From Rhizophagus irregularis (Eukaryota), in contig NC_089430.1 of the NCBI RefSeq assembly GCF_026210795.1, forward strand, positions 4,154,001-4,218,000: 64,000 bases of DNA, in the 5' to 3' direction. Each line of letters opens with the position of its first letter. Position 1 is the first letter of the stretch. Shown here piece after piece: positions 1-13,023 of this stretch. The position numbers were made by a program, and so were the translations under genes. Below the pieces are notes generated by a model. That model was not told the DNA's origin and did not search any database. It saw nothing but the letters and a program-made list of their open reading frames with translations.

Positions 1-8
1 TAAATAAT

Positions 9-68
9 AATCCTAACCCTAATCCTAACTCTAACCCTAACCCTAATCTAACCCTAATACTAATCTAA
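9..68 (+). repeat. Degenerate telomere-like (CCCTAA)n tract inside an intron
   Basis: Run of ccctaa/tcctaa/ctctaa/atctaa hexamers. It lies inside the putative intron that opens at the minus-strand GTAAGT donor at 90. Confidence 0.7.
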
Positions 69-90
69 GTATCACCATAAAGATACTTAC

Positions 91-697
91 TATTTTTCTT
101 AAATAAACTTTTAGTTTTTGTGTATTTAGTTTTGTTTCCTTGTTGTACAATTCCACATAAGCCACAATCTTTTTCACAAAATTTTCTTTCAACATGAAAC
201 CTTTCTTTTATCTCTTCCTCCTCATTTTCTTGACTATAACTTAATTCTTCAACAAATCTTTCAGGTGTACAATATGAAGTAGTACCATGAAACATCCTGT
301 GAGTAATCTCTTCGATACTTTTTCCGGTCCTTTTACTTAAATTTTTTTTATAAGCTTCATGCCGTTTTTCAAGTTTTGTTGGCATACGTAATTCAAATAT
401 CCCAAGAATTTTTGATTGTGAAAGTGGTCGACCTTTAAATGATGATTTTACTGAAATATAATTTGGATCATTCTGATTTAATAATATCATTTCTGTTTTT
501 TGAATCTTTATAGGTTTTTGTGAAGGACTAGATGATTTATTATTTGAAGAAGAATTTTTTGTCGAGTCACGTCGGATTAAATACGTTAAACGGGACGAAA
601 AGGATTTTTTTATGGCGGATGGTGATGAAGGAGAAGACGGGGAAGAAGAATTATTTTGAATGATTGAAGTTTCATTTATTTCACAATTTTGACCCAT
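91..697 (-). CDS. PARP-like ADP-ribosyltransferase catalytic-domain protein, first exon only (gene continues off the left edge of the window)
   Basis: ATG at 697, then a Ser/Lys-rich N-terminus and LNQNDPNYISVKSSF...KILGIFEL...RHEAYK...HRMFHGT...CEKDCGLCGIVQQG. This matches the (L/M)FHGT motif and preceding layout of PARP catalytic domains. A GTAAGT donor at 90-85 ends the exon. Confidence 0.7.
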
Positions 698-1879
698 GAT
701 TACAACAAATAATCAAAAAAAAAATCCTTTTTATATATAAAAATGTTAAATTTTTTTTTTTTTAGAAAATCTACGAAAGAAATTGACTCTATATATAAGA
801 TCATAAAAAAAAAGATGGGATTAATTTAAAGTTAAAGGGATTTTCGTATCAAAACAGATAGTCAGCTAGTCAGCTAATATTATATAGAAACCCCCTTTGA
901 AGATCTTACTAATTTTATACTTTTGTTGTACAAATAAAAGAAGCTTTATTGTAAGTGTATCAGTATCACGAATCAAAACAAAAAAAAAAAATTTGCATCA
1001 TTTGAAATGTTCAATATGGAAAGATTCTTTTTTTTTTTCGTGAAGCTAAATAATCAAGACTCCATGTGCACAAAGAAAAGAAAAAAATTCGAGAAAATGA
1101 TCGGAATGGTCGGAATATTCGGAACATTTGGTCAACGTCGCACGAGTTACTGAATTCCGTAAACAGGGGCGGGCAAATTCGGAAACAACTAAATATAACA
1201 ACCTTGAATAAGGAAAAAGTCTTTTTGTGGAAAATGAGAATAAATCAAGTCCGGAAATTGGTATCATTATTTAAATATATATAAGATTAATGAGATAAAA
1301 TTAGAAAAATTTTTTATCAAAAAAAAAATAAAAAAATAAAAAATTTCACTAATCAATGCGCAGTAAAACAATACAATTGTGAAATCACTTTGTGTTCTTA
1401 AATACGATTTGTTGAAAAAAAAACTTATCATACATATTTTACGCATGTAATATGAAGTCAAATGGCGTTAAATAAACTATAAATAGTTTTACCTGCTGAT
1501 ACATAGTATTTAAAATCATACGCCATTAATCAAATCATTATGTGACAAATTTGATAGTAAAAAAAAAATTTCTTTCATAGAACAATGGGTAAGAAGAAAA
1601 CAAAAGAAAGAGGAAATACCATGAGTAACAAAAAAATGTTGTACTTTAACATTAAACTTCTGCTTACGGTTACATAAGAAGCAAATATACTGTATATACA
1701 TAAATTATAAGTGTCGATATTTTTTAACATACCATAAAACGAACACAACGGCGCAAAAATTAGATCGACGCCTATTTTCTACGGTACAAGCTTTTCACGC
1801 AGTTATTAGAGAAAAGACATATGTTTGCCTCGTTCTATGAAGATATCAAGGATACCTTATTGATAAACGATATAATTTT

Positions 1880-2645
1880 TTTTCGGGTAGTCAGCCATAA
1901 AGATGTCAAGGAGATTGATGAGTTGAAAAAGTCTCCTTGAACGATATTATAGATACGAGCCTTGTGTTTGGATATCACCTAGCCAGGTTGGGGCCCAATA
2001 TTCCAATCAAAATGTGCACAATTAATGTGCGAACGAAACAAAGGATGCCACCTTGCCGGAATTGCGAAACTTGTCGGATTACATTTGTGAACATCTAGAT
2101 AAAAACAATCACGAAGGAGAGCACGAGGTAGATAATTTATTAATGATTTTTAATGTTATATTTAATATTAAATAATTTAAAAATTTTTTTTTTTTTATCA
2201 GGAAAAAGGAAGGAGAAATGGTGGTTAAATGAGAAATTAAAAAAGAAAACATTAAGGGTATGCAGATAACAACAAAAATATAATAATTAAAGGGACTACC
2301 GCTTCAACATCAAAATCATTGGCACAAAAACGTAAAATTGAATGTATTGAAGAATTCTCAAAAAAAAGATGAAAGTGATGACGGCTAGAAAACTTGGATA
2401 TTTCCATGTGCTACATGTAGTTCAAGATCAACTAAACAAAAACATCATTCCCAGAAGATAGGAAGGACATGATGAAAGTGAGAGCTCAATAGTGATTTCT
2501 GTTAAGATGAATCAGTTTGGTAGATGCAGAATCGGTTCCGAAATATTTGGATCAAATATGTCATCTCGTCACATTAAAAGCTCATATATTTTGGCCAAAT
2601 TCATAACACGAGATAATGACGTCGATTGTTATCCCGGCTCATTCA
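1880..2645 (+). mobile_element. Degenerate CACTA/En-Spm-like transposase relic
   Basis: 2490-2640 reads IVISVKMNQFGRCRIGSEIFGSNMSSRHIKSSYILAKFITRDNDVDCYPG, recognised from memory as the C-terminal part of Glomeromycotina transposase-domain proteins. The upstream part is higher in GC but broken by stops. Boundaries are approximate. Confidence 0.55.
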
Positions 2646-4381
2646 GACCGCGACGCTCAAAACATTTTTAGGCACCTTAAAAGAATGATTTTTCAGATAG
2701 AATCTGATAGGATTTAAAGATCTTAAGAAAGATGTCAATACAAAATTTGATAAGAAATTTGAAAATGAAGACATTAAAAGTGGTTTCTTCTCCGAGGACT
2801 TTGAAGGAATATAATATAATACGTGATAAATCAATAGTATATTACAAATAGTAGAAATAGCTATATTACTATATTGATCATGTTTTAATTTATGGTAATA
2901 ATATCGATTATAAATAAATTTATAATAATTAATTATTTAAAGTAACATGTTTTTAATAACAATTTACTGACTTAAATAATTATAGTGTCAAATTTTACCT
3001 ATTAGGCAAAAAATACAAATGATAAAAAATTTTATGAAATACAGTAACTGAAATCCATAACGATAAAAAAATATACAATCAATCTTTTTTGAAATTATAT
3101 AAACACATCGGATTTTTTTTAAAAAGAATAGAACATATTTGACAAATGACAAAATTCTACTTTTTATAATAAAATTTAAATATTCAAATTTCTGATTTTT
3201 TTTTTTTGAAAAAAACAGTTCATTTGACAAACGATAGTGTTACATAAACATCACTATAAAATATATTCTAATTCTGATTCTAATTTTGTTCCATTTTACT
3301 TATAATTCAAAATCAAAATTGGTATTAATAAAGTTTCATCCTGTATAATAATACCATTTACAACTATGTATGGAAAATTAAATAATCTAGCTGTTAGGAG
3401 AAATAGGTTTCCCAAGAACAGAAGATAATTTCGGGAAACGGATTCGTATTGATCAATTTTTTAATCTTAGAACATCCGATACATACGTTAAAAGAAATCT
3501 TAAAGATTTAAGGAATAGATACATTGCTTTATATAGGCAAACTTGTAACATAGAATTTATTTACGTCAATATCAATATTGGAAATTTTAACTCCGAAGAA
3601 AATTTTTTCTTCCAGAGTCTAGAATAATATATTATGTTTTATATGTATCTAGGGTTTTTAAATTGCAATAAGTTGGATCTAAATTTATATTTATACAGGT
3701 ATACTTAATTTAACAGTTATGTAAATGATATTCGCTACATCTGACGGACTACTACGAATATTTATTGATTTCTTAATAAATTTGCAACTACACTATTTTC
3801 GTTTTAAAACCATAAACACGACCTATTGATTTTGATGATTACTAAGTTATAAGTAATATTACAAAGAAAAGTATTTCAATTAAAAATTTATTAGATACAA
3901 CAGGTGTTTTGGAAAAAGTAAAGCAAAATATATATATGATGCTTAAATGGGTATTGAACCAACTCGTACTATTAATGATTCATATTGCCATTTTAAACTT
4001 TTACCATAAATAAATATGATAACGAAATTGATGATTACTCATTTAAAAATAGCAAGTTTGTAATTAAACCTTTATTTTCAGATAAAGTTTTATTATTATT
4101 CATCAAATAAACTTTATTCAAAATATGAAAATAAGTCGTGTATTAAATCATTCTAAACTGATTCATTATATATGAAAGTTGAGATATATTATTGGTAATA
4201 GGTATAGAAATTATAGATAATGATCGAATTGAAAATGTCCAAAAATATTTTTTCCGTTTATACTGATATTTAATATTGATTTATTACAATCGTAACAATT
4301 ATACTACGTCATAAATCATAATCTGTCACATATGATTATATATATATCATTAACAAACGGTCGATTTTTTTTTAAAAAAAA

Positions 4382-5987
4382 ATGGCTTTAATTTCTCATT
4401 CTGGTCTTTCAAAAGACCTTTCCTTAGTATTAAATAATGCCGATGATTTTGATGATGATTTTGATGTTACTATTCAAGTTGGTGAAAACGAAAATATGAA
4501 GGAATTTAAAGCACATTCGGTTATTTTACGCGCTCGTTCTCATTATTTTAAAAGTGCTTTCAAAGCTAAATGGACTACAAAGAAGGATAATATTATTAAG
4601 TTTTGTAAACCAAATATAACTCCAACTGTTTTTGATATGATTTTAAAGTAAGCATAATTTACTTATTATTATATACCTAATTATATTATACTATTCAAAT
4701 AATTTAATTTTATATTATATGTTATTTTTTTTTATATAAATAAGATATATTTACACTGGTGAACTTAATTTAACGGAAAAATCGGGAGAGGATATTTTTG
4801 AATTATTAATTGCATCTGATGAATTACTTATTGAAGAATTATTTAATTATGTTCAAGATTATTTAGTAGAAAAACGATCAAACTGGATTCAAAAAAATAT
4901 CGGTCTTGTTCTTAGTTTCGCTTTCAAAATTGGGCAATCTAATAAATTACAAGATAATTGTCTTGAATTTATCTTTAAAGATTCAGAATCATTCATCAAT
5001 TCAGAATCCTTTCTTTCATTAGATAAGGATACTCTTCATATCTTACTTCAAAGAGATGAATTACAAATTGATGAAATTAATCTTTGGGATCGTTTAATTA
5101 AATGGGGTATTGAACAAACTCCTGGTCTTGGAAGTGAGAATACTGATAAATCTGAATGGAACGATGAAAATTATAAAGCATTAACGAAAACTTTGGATCA
5201 ATTTTTCCCACTTATTAGATTTATGGAAATTTCTCGTACTGATTTTTTTGATAAAGTTCGTCCTTATAAAACTATTATTCCTATTCATATTTATAATGAA
5301 ATTGAAGAATTTTATTATAAAGATACTTTACCAAAAAATTTATCATCATCTGTTAGAATTAAATTTTTAGAAAAAATTGATTCAAAAATTATTGATCCAA
5401 AACTTGCAAATATAATTTCTAATTGGATTGATAAAAAAAATCCCTCTATTATTAGAACTGAAAATGATTCATTATATAAATTTAAACTTATTTATCGTGG
5501 TAGTCATGATGGTATTAATAATGAATCATTTAAAAGAAATTGTAAAGGTCGAGTAGCAAGTTTGGTTTTAATTAAAGTTAAAAATACAGATAAGATTTTT
5601 GGTGGTTATAGTTCTATTGGGTTTAATTCATTAGGGAGTAGGAATGATTATCTTCTTAATATTAATGGGGTTCGATTTTATAATTCTTTAGATAATTTTA
5701 TTTTCTCATTTGAAAATAGTAAAGATATTAAAAATATGAAATCAAGTCATATATTGATTCATAAAAATGCAATAATAACAAATTGTACGAATGTTGCTTT
5801 TTGTTTTGGTCAAAATTCATTATATATGAAGGATAATGAATTATATGCAAATAATAAGTCTGGTGATTATGAAAATAATTTAAATACTAATACAATTTAT
5901 AATATTGAAGAAATTGAAACTTTTGTTGTAATTAAATATCGTAAATTTTGGAGAAAGTTAAACTTACAAAAATTTATTAAATTTTAA
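4382..5987 (+). CDS. BTB/POZ-BACK-TLDc domain protein (copy A), 2 exons: 4382-4647, 4745-5987
   Basis: BTB motif DVTIQVGE...EFKAHSVILRARSHYF. Phase-2 GT-AG intron in ILK|YIYTG, and exon 2 is open throughout. BACK-like LWDRLIKWG. TLDc motifs LIYRGSHDG, KIFGGYS, FIFSF, IEEIETF. Confidence 0.9.
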
Positions 5988-6812
5988 GTACCGTAGTATA
6001 ATTTTACAAAGGTTTATATAATAATAAAGTTACCGTATATCAATTTGTTGATGGATTCTTTGTTAATGATTGTTACTCTCATTTTTTTATTTCTCTCATG
6101 AATTATATATAATACATTTTATAAACTTACTTTGCGAGATTTAAAATCAATAATTACTATTAAGATCCATTTTATCCTTTTAATCCATAAATCATAATAT
6201 TTAATATTTAATTTTCTTTGAAAAATTTGAAAATTTATATTAATAAAGATCCGTTTATGAATAGGTTAATTATTCGAATTTTTAAATATTCTAATATTTA
6301 AAATATTTAAGAAACTGAATATCAAAATCCAATTGATTTGTTTTTTTTTTTTGAAAAAAAAAAATTGAGAAAAAACTTAAAAAATTTTATTTAATTCTGT
6401 TTTTAAAAGTTTATATCGTAATAAATTTTTATATTGTAATAAATTTAAATATGTGAGTTTATTTATTATAATTTTGTTTCTTTTAGCAAATTAATTTTTA
6501 AAGATGATAAATGTTTGTATCGGTAAAGTATTCTATCATTCTATAATTTTATCGTAGAATATTATGAATTGTTAAGAAATTTCGTTATAAAAATTTGCAA
6601 TTTCATAAAATTTGCTGAACAAAGGTACGTTATACAGTACGACAGTTCCCATAAATTTTGTTGGTTCAATAATTATCCAAATTCAGTTAGTTACATTATA
6701 AATTAACGCCATTATACATACATATATATATATTTAACCATTATACATAGATACAAACGTAGAATTCTTTTTTTTCACAAATTTGAAATAATATAAAATA
6801 TAAAATATAAAA

Positions 6813-8439
6813 ATGAGTTCTAATAATGAAACCCAAGTAGTATCTGATTTTAATGAATTAAATGTCTCTGAAAATTCTATTTCGGTAAAAACTAATCATA
6901 AGAATTGTTACGACCCATATAATGATAAATTTTGGTGTAAAGAATGTGTTCCTCGTTGTATAATTGAAGGTTGGACCAGTGGAAATGATGATATTGATAA
7001 TCTTATCAAGGATTCGATTTATGATACATGTCGTGGGGAATATATTGGTAATGGTAAATATTCCCCATCATTTCTTAAATGGGTTCCATTTGATAGATTT
7101 GAAGATATGAAACAAATAGGTGAAGGTGGATTTGCAAAAGTGTATTCTGCAACTTGGATTGATGGTGATGCAAAATACATTAAACAAGATGATGGAAATT
7201 GGATAAAAGAAGAACCTAAATCCATGAAAGTTGCCTTGAAAAGGCTTAATGGATCACAAAATATGTCAGCTGATTATTTAAATGAGGTATATTTTCATTT
7301 ATATTTTATCTTTTTTAATTTTTTTAAAAATATTGTTTATTTATTTGATTTAATCTAATTAATAGCTTAAAACGCATTGGAAATTAAATTGCGCACAATT
7401 AGATTCTTTAAAATTTTATGGGATGACCAAAGATCCAAAAACTGAAGAATTTATAATGATTATGCAATTTGCAAGTAGAGGAAATTTGAAAAATATTCTT
7501 TCAAGTAATTTTAAAAATATTTTATGGGATGAGAAAGTTATGTATTTAACTGGTGCAGCAGAGGAACTTAAAAATTTACATTCATTAGGATATTTTCATA
7601 AAGATTTTCATAGTGGAAATATGTTATCAGATAGTGATATTTCTTTTTTTATTTCAGATTTTGGATTATCTAGGTCATCAAATGAACAGAAATCAGATAA
7701 TAAAATAGTTGGTGTGTTACCATATATTGCTCCAGAAGTTTTAAATGGAGAACCATATACGTTATCTTCAGATATTTATAGTTTCGGTGTAATTATGGCT
7801 GAAGTATCATCTGGAAAACCTCCTTTTTATAAAAGAAAACATGATAATAACTTAGCATTGGAAATATGTAATGGACTCAGACCAAAATTTGGAAAAGGAA
7901 CTCCCGAAATTTATAAGAAATTAGCTCATAGATGTATGAATGCTGATCCAAATCAAAGACCAACAGCCAATGAATTAAGTGAAATATTATGTTGTTGGTA
8001 TTATTATGAGGATAATGAAAAATATGGGTATAAAGTAGAAGAAGTTAAGGCTGTATTTGGAAAAGCTGATAAGGAAATACAAAATATTTCAACTTTATGT
8101 GAAAAAGATCCTGATGCTATTTATACCAGTAGAGCATTTACATTTAAAAATTTGTCAAAGCCCATTAATTCATCTTTTATTGCTACTACATATCTTGATA
8201 ATAAAGGTACTGTGTTTTATATTATTTTTGAATTATATAAAATAATTAAAACAAATAATTTTATTTATTTTAATAGATTGTCAAGATTCTCAATTAATTG
8301 ACTTAGAAGTTCCTAGTACGTCAAAATTAGAGGGTAAATATATTTACTATGTACTGTATTTATAATATTTATTTTTTTGATGTAAATTAATTAACGCTTT
8401 ATTTTAATTGTTATAATAGATGGTGATAGCGATAACTAA
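6813..8439 (+). CDS. TKL-like protein kinase, tandem copy K1 (intact), exons 6813-7286, 7366-8206, 8277-8333, 8420-8439
   Basis: N-terminal WCKEC..WTSGNDDID motif, then GEGGFAKV, VALK, HKDFHSGN, DFG, APE, DIYSFG. Three GT-AG introns are conserved in all four copies and join in frame to a stop at 8437-8439. Confidence 0.9.
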
Positions 8440-8989
8440 ATACTAAAAATTTTGTAACTATATATATGTTAATTTTTTTTATTTATTTACGATAAAATTA
8501 AAGAAATAAGAATAGTTTTTTTACTAGAATCACCTTATGAATATATCAAGTTTATTATTTAATTAAATACTAGTTATATTGTATTGAAGATATTTGTAAA
8601 AGGGGTAATTTGTCTTGTAATAAACACTACAAAAGAATATTAAAAACTTATCCGGATTTCTACTATAATTTGATTGAAATTAAAAAATAAAAATAAAAAA
8701 TGCTATTGACCTTTTGACTAATTTTGCTAATTGTAAGTTATGGTGATCAAGATTTTCTTACTTATTTGAATTTTATTATATAATGTCAAGTGATATGATT
8801 TGAATTATTTTTTTTTTGTCTAAATTTTTGATTTAAAATAGTACGCTCTAACAAATTTTAAGAAAACTGTTTTTAATCTATGAAATTTAGAAAACATATT
8901 GAAGTGCGATAATTTATTGATAGTAACTACCGCGCAGAGTATATTTATCTCAGCGACTTATTTTTTTTTTTTTTTTGAGCGGTCAGATG

Positions 8990-9180
8990 TAGTGCTTCGA
9001 TCTGGATTGATCCGTTGATTAGCATCACAACATTTTTCTATTATTTTTGTCAAACTATAATTTTTGTCAGATTTAAAAAAATTATTGGCCAAACTTATAG
9101 CTCCAACTCAAATAAACTGTTGCCAAACCGTAGTAAACCGCGGATTGATCCGTTAAAATCCCATCCGGATCGAAGCACTA
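8990..9180. mobile_element. hAT-type MITE (191 bp)
   Basis: TIR TAGTGCTTCGATC(T/C)GGAT at both ends. Perfect 8-bp TSD GTCAGATG (8982-8989, 9181-9188). The site is empty in the paralogous spacer near 16685. Confidence 0.92.
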
Positions 9181-9464
9181 GTCAGATGCCTATTTGCCAC
9201 TTTCGTAATGAAAAAACTGCGCTCATAGCATGCTACGAATACTTTTATCCTAAAAGATATTAGATTATGAATAAATATTGAGTAATAATAATAATAATAA
9301 TAAAGTTTTAATTAAAGATGCAAAAAATAGAATATGTAAAAACGTTTCCTTTGAATTGTACTAAGTAAGAAAATATTGAAAATAAACGGAATTAGACTGA
9401 ATTACTGAACTTCTACTAGGTAAGTAAGGTGAATTAGCAAAACGATTTTTATTGATATTATTTC

Positions 9465-9655
9465 ACGAAACGCGCGCTTAGCGAAGGACATTTTGTTGTT
9501 ATGTACAGTACTAGATGATTTTGATCTGTGACCCATGTAATTTTCCCGTCATAACTTTTGAATTAGTATTATTTTTTGTAATACTTGTTTTTTATTTGTA
9601 GCATATGATTTATAATTACTGTATTTACATGAGCGGGTGGACCCATTTACCTAGT
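9465..9655 (+). mobile_element. Helentron/HINE-like relic carried in each kinase spacer (also about 13240-13426 and 16975-17163)
   Basis: 5' GCGAAGGAC motif shared with the element at 21962. The 3' end is a GC-rich GGG(T/C)GGACCC hairpin followed by ATTTACCTAGT. Confidence 0.45.
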
Positions 9656-10535
9656 ATATAACTAATTTGAGTGAAGTCTGAAAATTTCATAATTTTGTAA
9701 TGCTGTTTATCTTTTACGATTTTAATTTCGAGTAATATATATATTTATTTAAAAAAAAATTCAGGAAATTTGATTTACGCTCTAATACTGCTCTAATGTT
9801 ATCATGGCACAAACATTTTGATGAAGCTATTTAAGCTTTTTTATAGCGAATAATTACTTTATAAAGATTCGCAAAATTATTATAAACCGAAGAATATACT
9901 TTAAGCCAATTTGTTTGATGTTTGTTCGTGTTTTTGCTAATGCTAAACGTTGTAACTTTACATATAAGGCTCCACTTATTATACACAAAGTACACTAATT
10001 TTACGCTTAAATAGTTAGATATAGAACATTATGAAGAAAATATTACCTAAATTTTTAAGTATTTATTTATTTAATATTATATAGAAATAGATTAATTTAA
10101 CATCAACTGCAAAATTTTAATATTAAAGAAACTAGTAAATATCAAATTCAGTTGAAACTACAATTTTACTTAATACTATTTATTAAGATTTTGTTTCGTT
10201 CAGCTACTAAATTATTTTTTATATATGGAAATGTATATATGGGTAAGTATTCTACTATTCTACAAATTTTATCATAGAATATTAGTATGAATTGTTAAGA
10301 AATTTCGTTATAAAAATTTCATAATAAAATTTTTATTCCAAAGTCTCACAAAATTTGCTGATCAAAGGCACGTTGTACATTTTAATACGTAGATTTGTTG
10401 GTTAAGTTTGAAAAATAACTATCCAAATTCAGTTAGTTACATTATAATTTAACGCCAATATACATATATATACAAACGTAAAATTCTTTTTCACAAATTT
10501 GAAAATAATCTTTCTTCTACATACAAAATATAAAA

Positions 10536-12174
10536 ATGAGTTTTAATAATGAAACTCAAGTAGTATCTGAATTTAATATTTCCGATGAAGATTCTAGTTC
10601 CGTAAAAATTAGTCATGATAATTGTTATGACCCAGATAATGGTAAATTTTGGTGTAAAGAATGTGTTCCTCGTTGCATAATTGAAGGGTGGACTAGCAGT
10701 GGAAATGATGATATTGATAATCTTATCAAGGATTCGATTTATAACGCAAGAAAAAAGTATTTTTATTATCCAAATTATCCATTATTTCTTGAATGGGTTC
10801 CATTTGATAGATTTAAAGATATGAAACAAATAGGTGAAGGTGGATTCGCAAAAGTGTATTCTGCAACTTGGATTGATGGTGATGCAAAATACATTAAACA
10901 AGATGATGGAAATTGGATAAAAAGAGAACCTAAATCTATGGAAGTTGCCTTGAAAAGGCTGAATGGATCACAGAATATGTCAGCTGATTATTTAAATGAG
11001 GTTTATTTTCATTCATATTTTTTATTTTTTAAATTTTTATAAAAGTATTAAGTTTATTTTATTTTATTTAATTTAATTAATAGCTTAAAGCACATTGGAA
11101 ATTAAATTACATACAAACAGATTCTTTAAAATTTTATGGGATGACCAAAGATCCAGAAACTGAAGAATTTATAATGATTATGCAATTTTCAAGTAGAGGA
11201 AATTTGAGAAATATTCTTTCAAGTGATTTTGAAAATATTTTATGGAGTGAGAAAATTGAGTATTTATATTGTGCAGCAACGGATCTTAAAAATTTACATG
11301 AATTAGGATATTTTCATAAAGATTTTCATAGTGGAAATATGTTATCAAGTAATGATGGTTTTTATATTTCAGATTTTGGATTATCTAGACCATCAAATGA
11401 ACAGAAATCGTCAGATAATAAAATAGTTGGTGTTTTGCCATATATTGCTCCAGAAGTTTTAAATGGAGAACCATATACATTATCTTCAGATATTTATAGT
11501 TTCGGTGTAGTTATGGCTGAAGTATCATCTGGAAAACCTCCTTTTTATAAAAGAAATCATGATAATAGCTTAGCATTAAAAATATGTAATGGACTCAGAC
11601 CAAAATTTGGAAAAGGAACCCCTGAAATTTATAAGAAATTAGCACATAGATGTATGAATGCTAATCCTAATCAAAGACCAACAGTCAATGAATTATATGA
11701 AATATTAAATTGTTGGCATTGGTATGATGATAATGAAAAATATGGATATAAAGGAAAAGAAGTTAGAAATGCATTTGAGGAAGCTGATAAAGAAATACCA
11801 AATATTTCAACCTTATGTGAAAAAGATCCTGATGCTATTTATACTAGTAGAGCATTTACATTTAAAGATTTATCAAAACCCATTAATTCATCTTTCATTG
11901 TCACTAAATATCTTAATGAAGAATATAATAAAGGTATTGTATTTTATATTATTTTTTAAATTGTAGAAAATAATTAAAATGACAAAGAATTCTATTTATT
12001 TTAATAGATTGTCAAGATTCTCAATTAATTGACTTAGAAGTTCCTAGCACATCGAAATTAGAGGGTAAATATATTTACTATGTACTGTAGTATTTATAAT
12101 ATTTATTTTTTTGATGTAAAATAACTAACGCTTTATTTTAATTTTTTATAATAGGTGGTTATAGTGTTAACTAA
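10536..12174 (+). CDS. TKL-like protein kinase, tandem copy K2 (intact), exons 10536-11000, 11084-11933, 12008-12064, 12155-12174
   Basis: Same motifs and intron positions as K1. Exons join in frame to TAA at 12172-12174. Confidence 0.9.
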
Positions 12175-12742
12175 ATAAAAATTTTGTAACTATATATATG
12201 TTAATTTTTTATTTATTTACGATAAAATTAAATAAATAAGAATAGCTTTTTTACTAGAATCACCTTATGAATATATCAAGTTTATTATTTAATTAAATAC
12301 TAGTTATATTGTATTGAAGATATTTGTAAAAGGGTAATTCGTCTTGTAATAAATACTACAAAAGAATATTAAAAAATTATTCGGATTTTTATTATAATTT
12401 GGTTGAAATTTAAAAAATAAAAATAAAAAATGATATTGACCTTGCATTGAGCGATTGACTAATTTTTGCTAATTGTAAGTTATGGTGATCAAGATTTTCT
12501 TTCTTATTTGAATTTTACATAAACAAATTATATAATGTCAAGTGATATGATATTATTTTTTTTTTGTCTAAATTTTTGATTTAAAATACGCTCTAACAAA
12601 TTTTAAGAAAACTATGAAATTTAGAAAACATATTGAAGTGCGAAAATTTATTGATAATAACTACCGCGCGGAGTATATTTATCTCAGCGACTAATTTTTT
12701 TTTTTTTAGCGGCCAGGCGCGCCTATTTGCCACTCTCGTGAT

Positions 12743-13023
12743 TAGTGTTGCGATTCGTTGATCCGTCAATCCGCCAATCCGCGGATTTACCCGATTCGAA
12801 ATCATCCGGATTGGATCCGGATGAAGATACGAATGATTCACATCTGCTATTTCTGTATTATAAATATGATTAGTACTGTTTTATAGTAACGGATCCATTC
12901 GGATGATTATCCGGATCATCCGTTATTTACATCCGGATTTTATATTGAAATTCATTCGGATGGTCATCCGGATCATCCATTTATTTACGGACCGGATTAA
13001 ACGGATGACGAATTCTAACACTA
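12743..13023. mobile_element. hAT-type MITE (281 bp)
   Basis: Imperfect TIR TAGTGTT(GCG/AGA)ATTCG and many ATCCG subterminal motifs. Perfect 8-bp TSD CTCGTGAT (12735-12742, 13024-13031). Absent from the other spacers. Confidence 0.9.

Noticed and set aside
1..68. True chromosome telomere
   Set aside because: The repeats are degenerate, short, preceded by non-repeat bases and lie in an apparent intron.
2983..3256. TAGTG...CACTA pair as a hAT or CACTA element
   Set aside because: Only 5 bp of inverted match and no TSD.
8057..8245. Short plus-strand ORFs overlapping kinase 3' ends (also 11724-11966, 15721-15993, 18632-18898) and antisense ORFs 7019-7225 and 14586-14771
   Set aside because: Alternate-frame or antisense shadows of the kinase exons. 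They recur only because the kinase is duplicated.
9015..9263. ORFs inside MITEs and repeats (also 12593-12841, 12903-13085, 14301-14498, 19166-19378, 22984-23166, 42632-42826, 58348-58608, 62827-63156)
   Set aside because: Translations of repeat motifs that cross element boundaries, with no protein signature.
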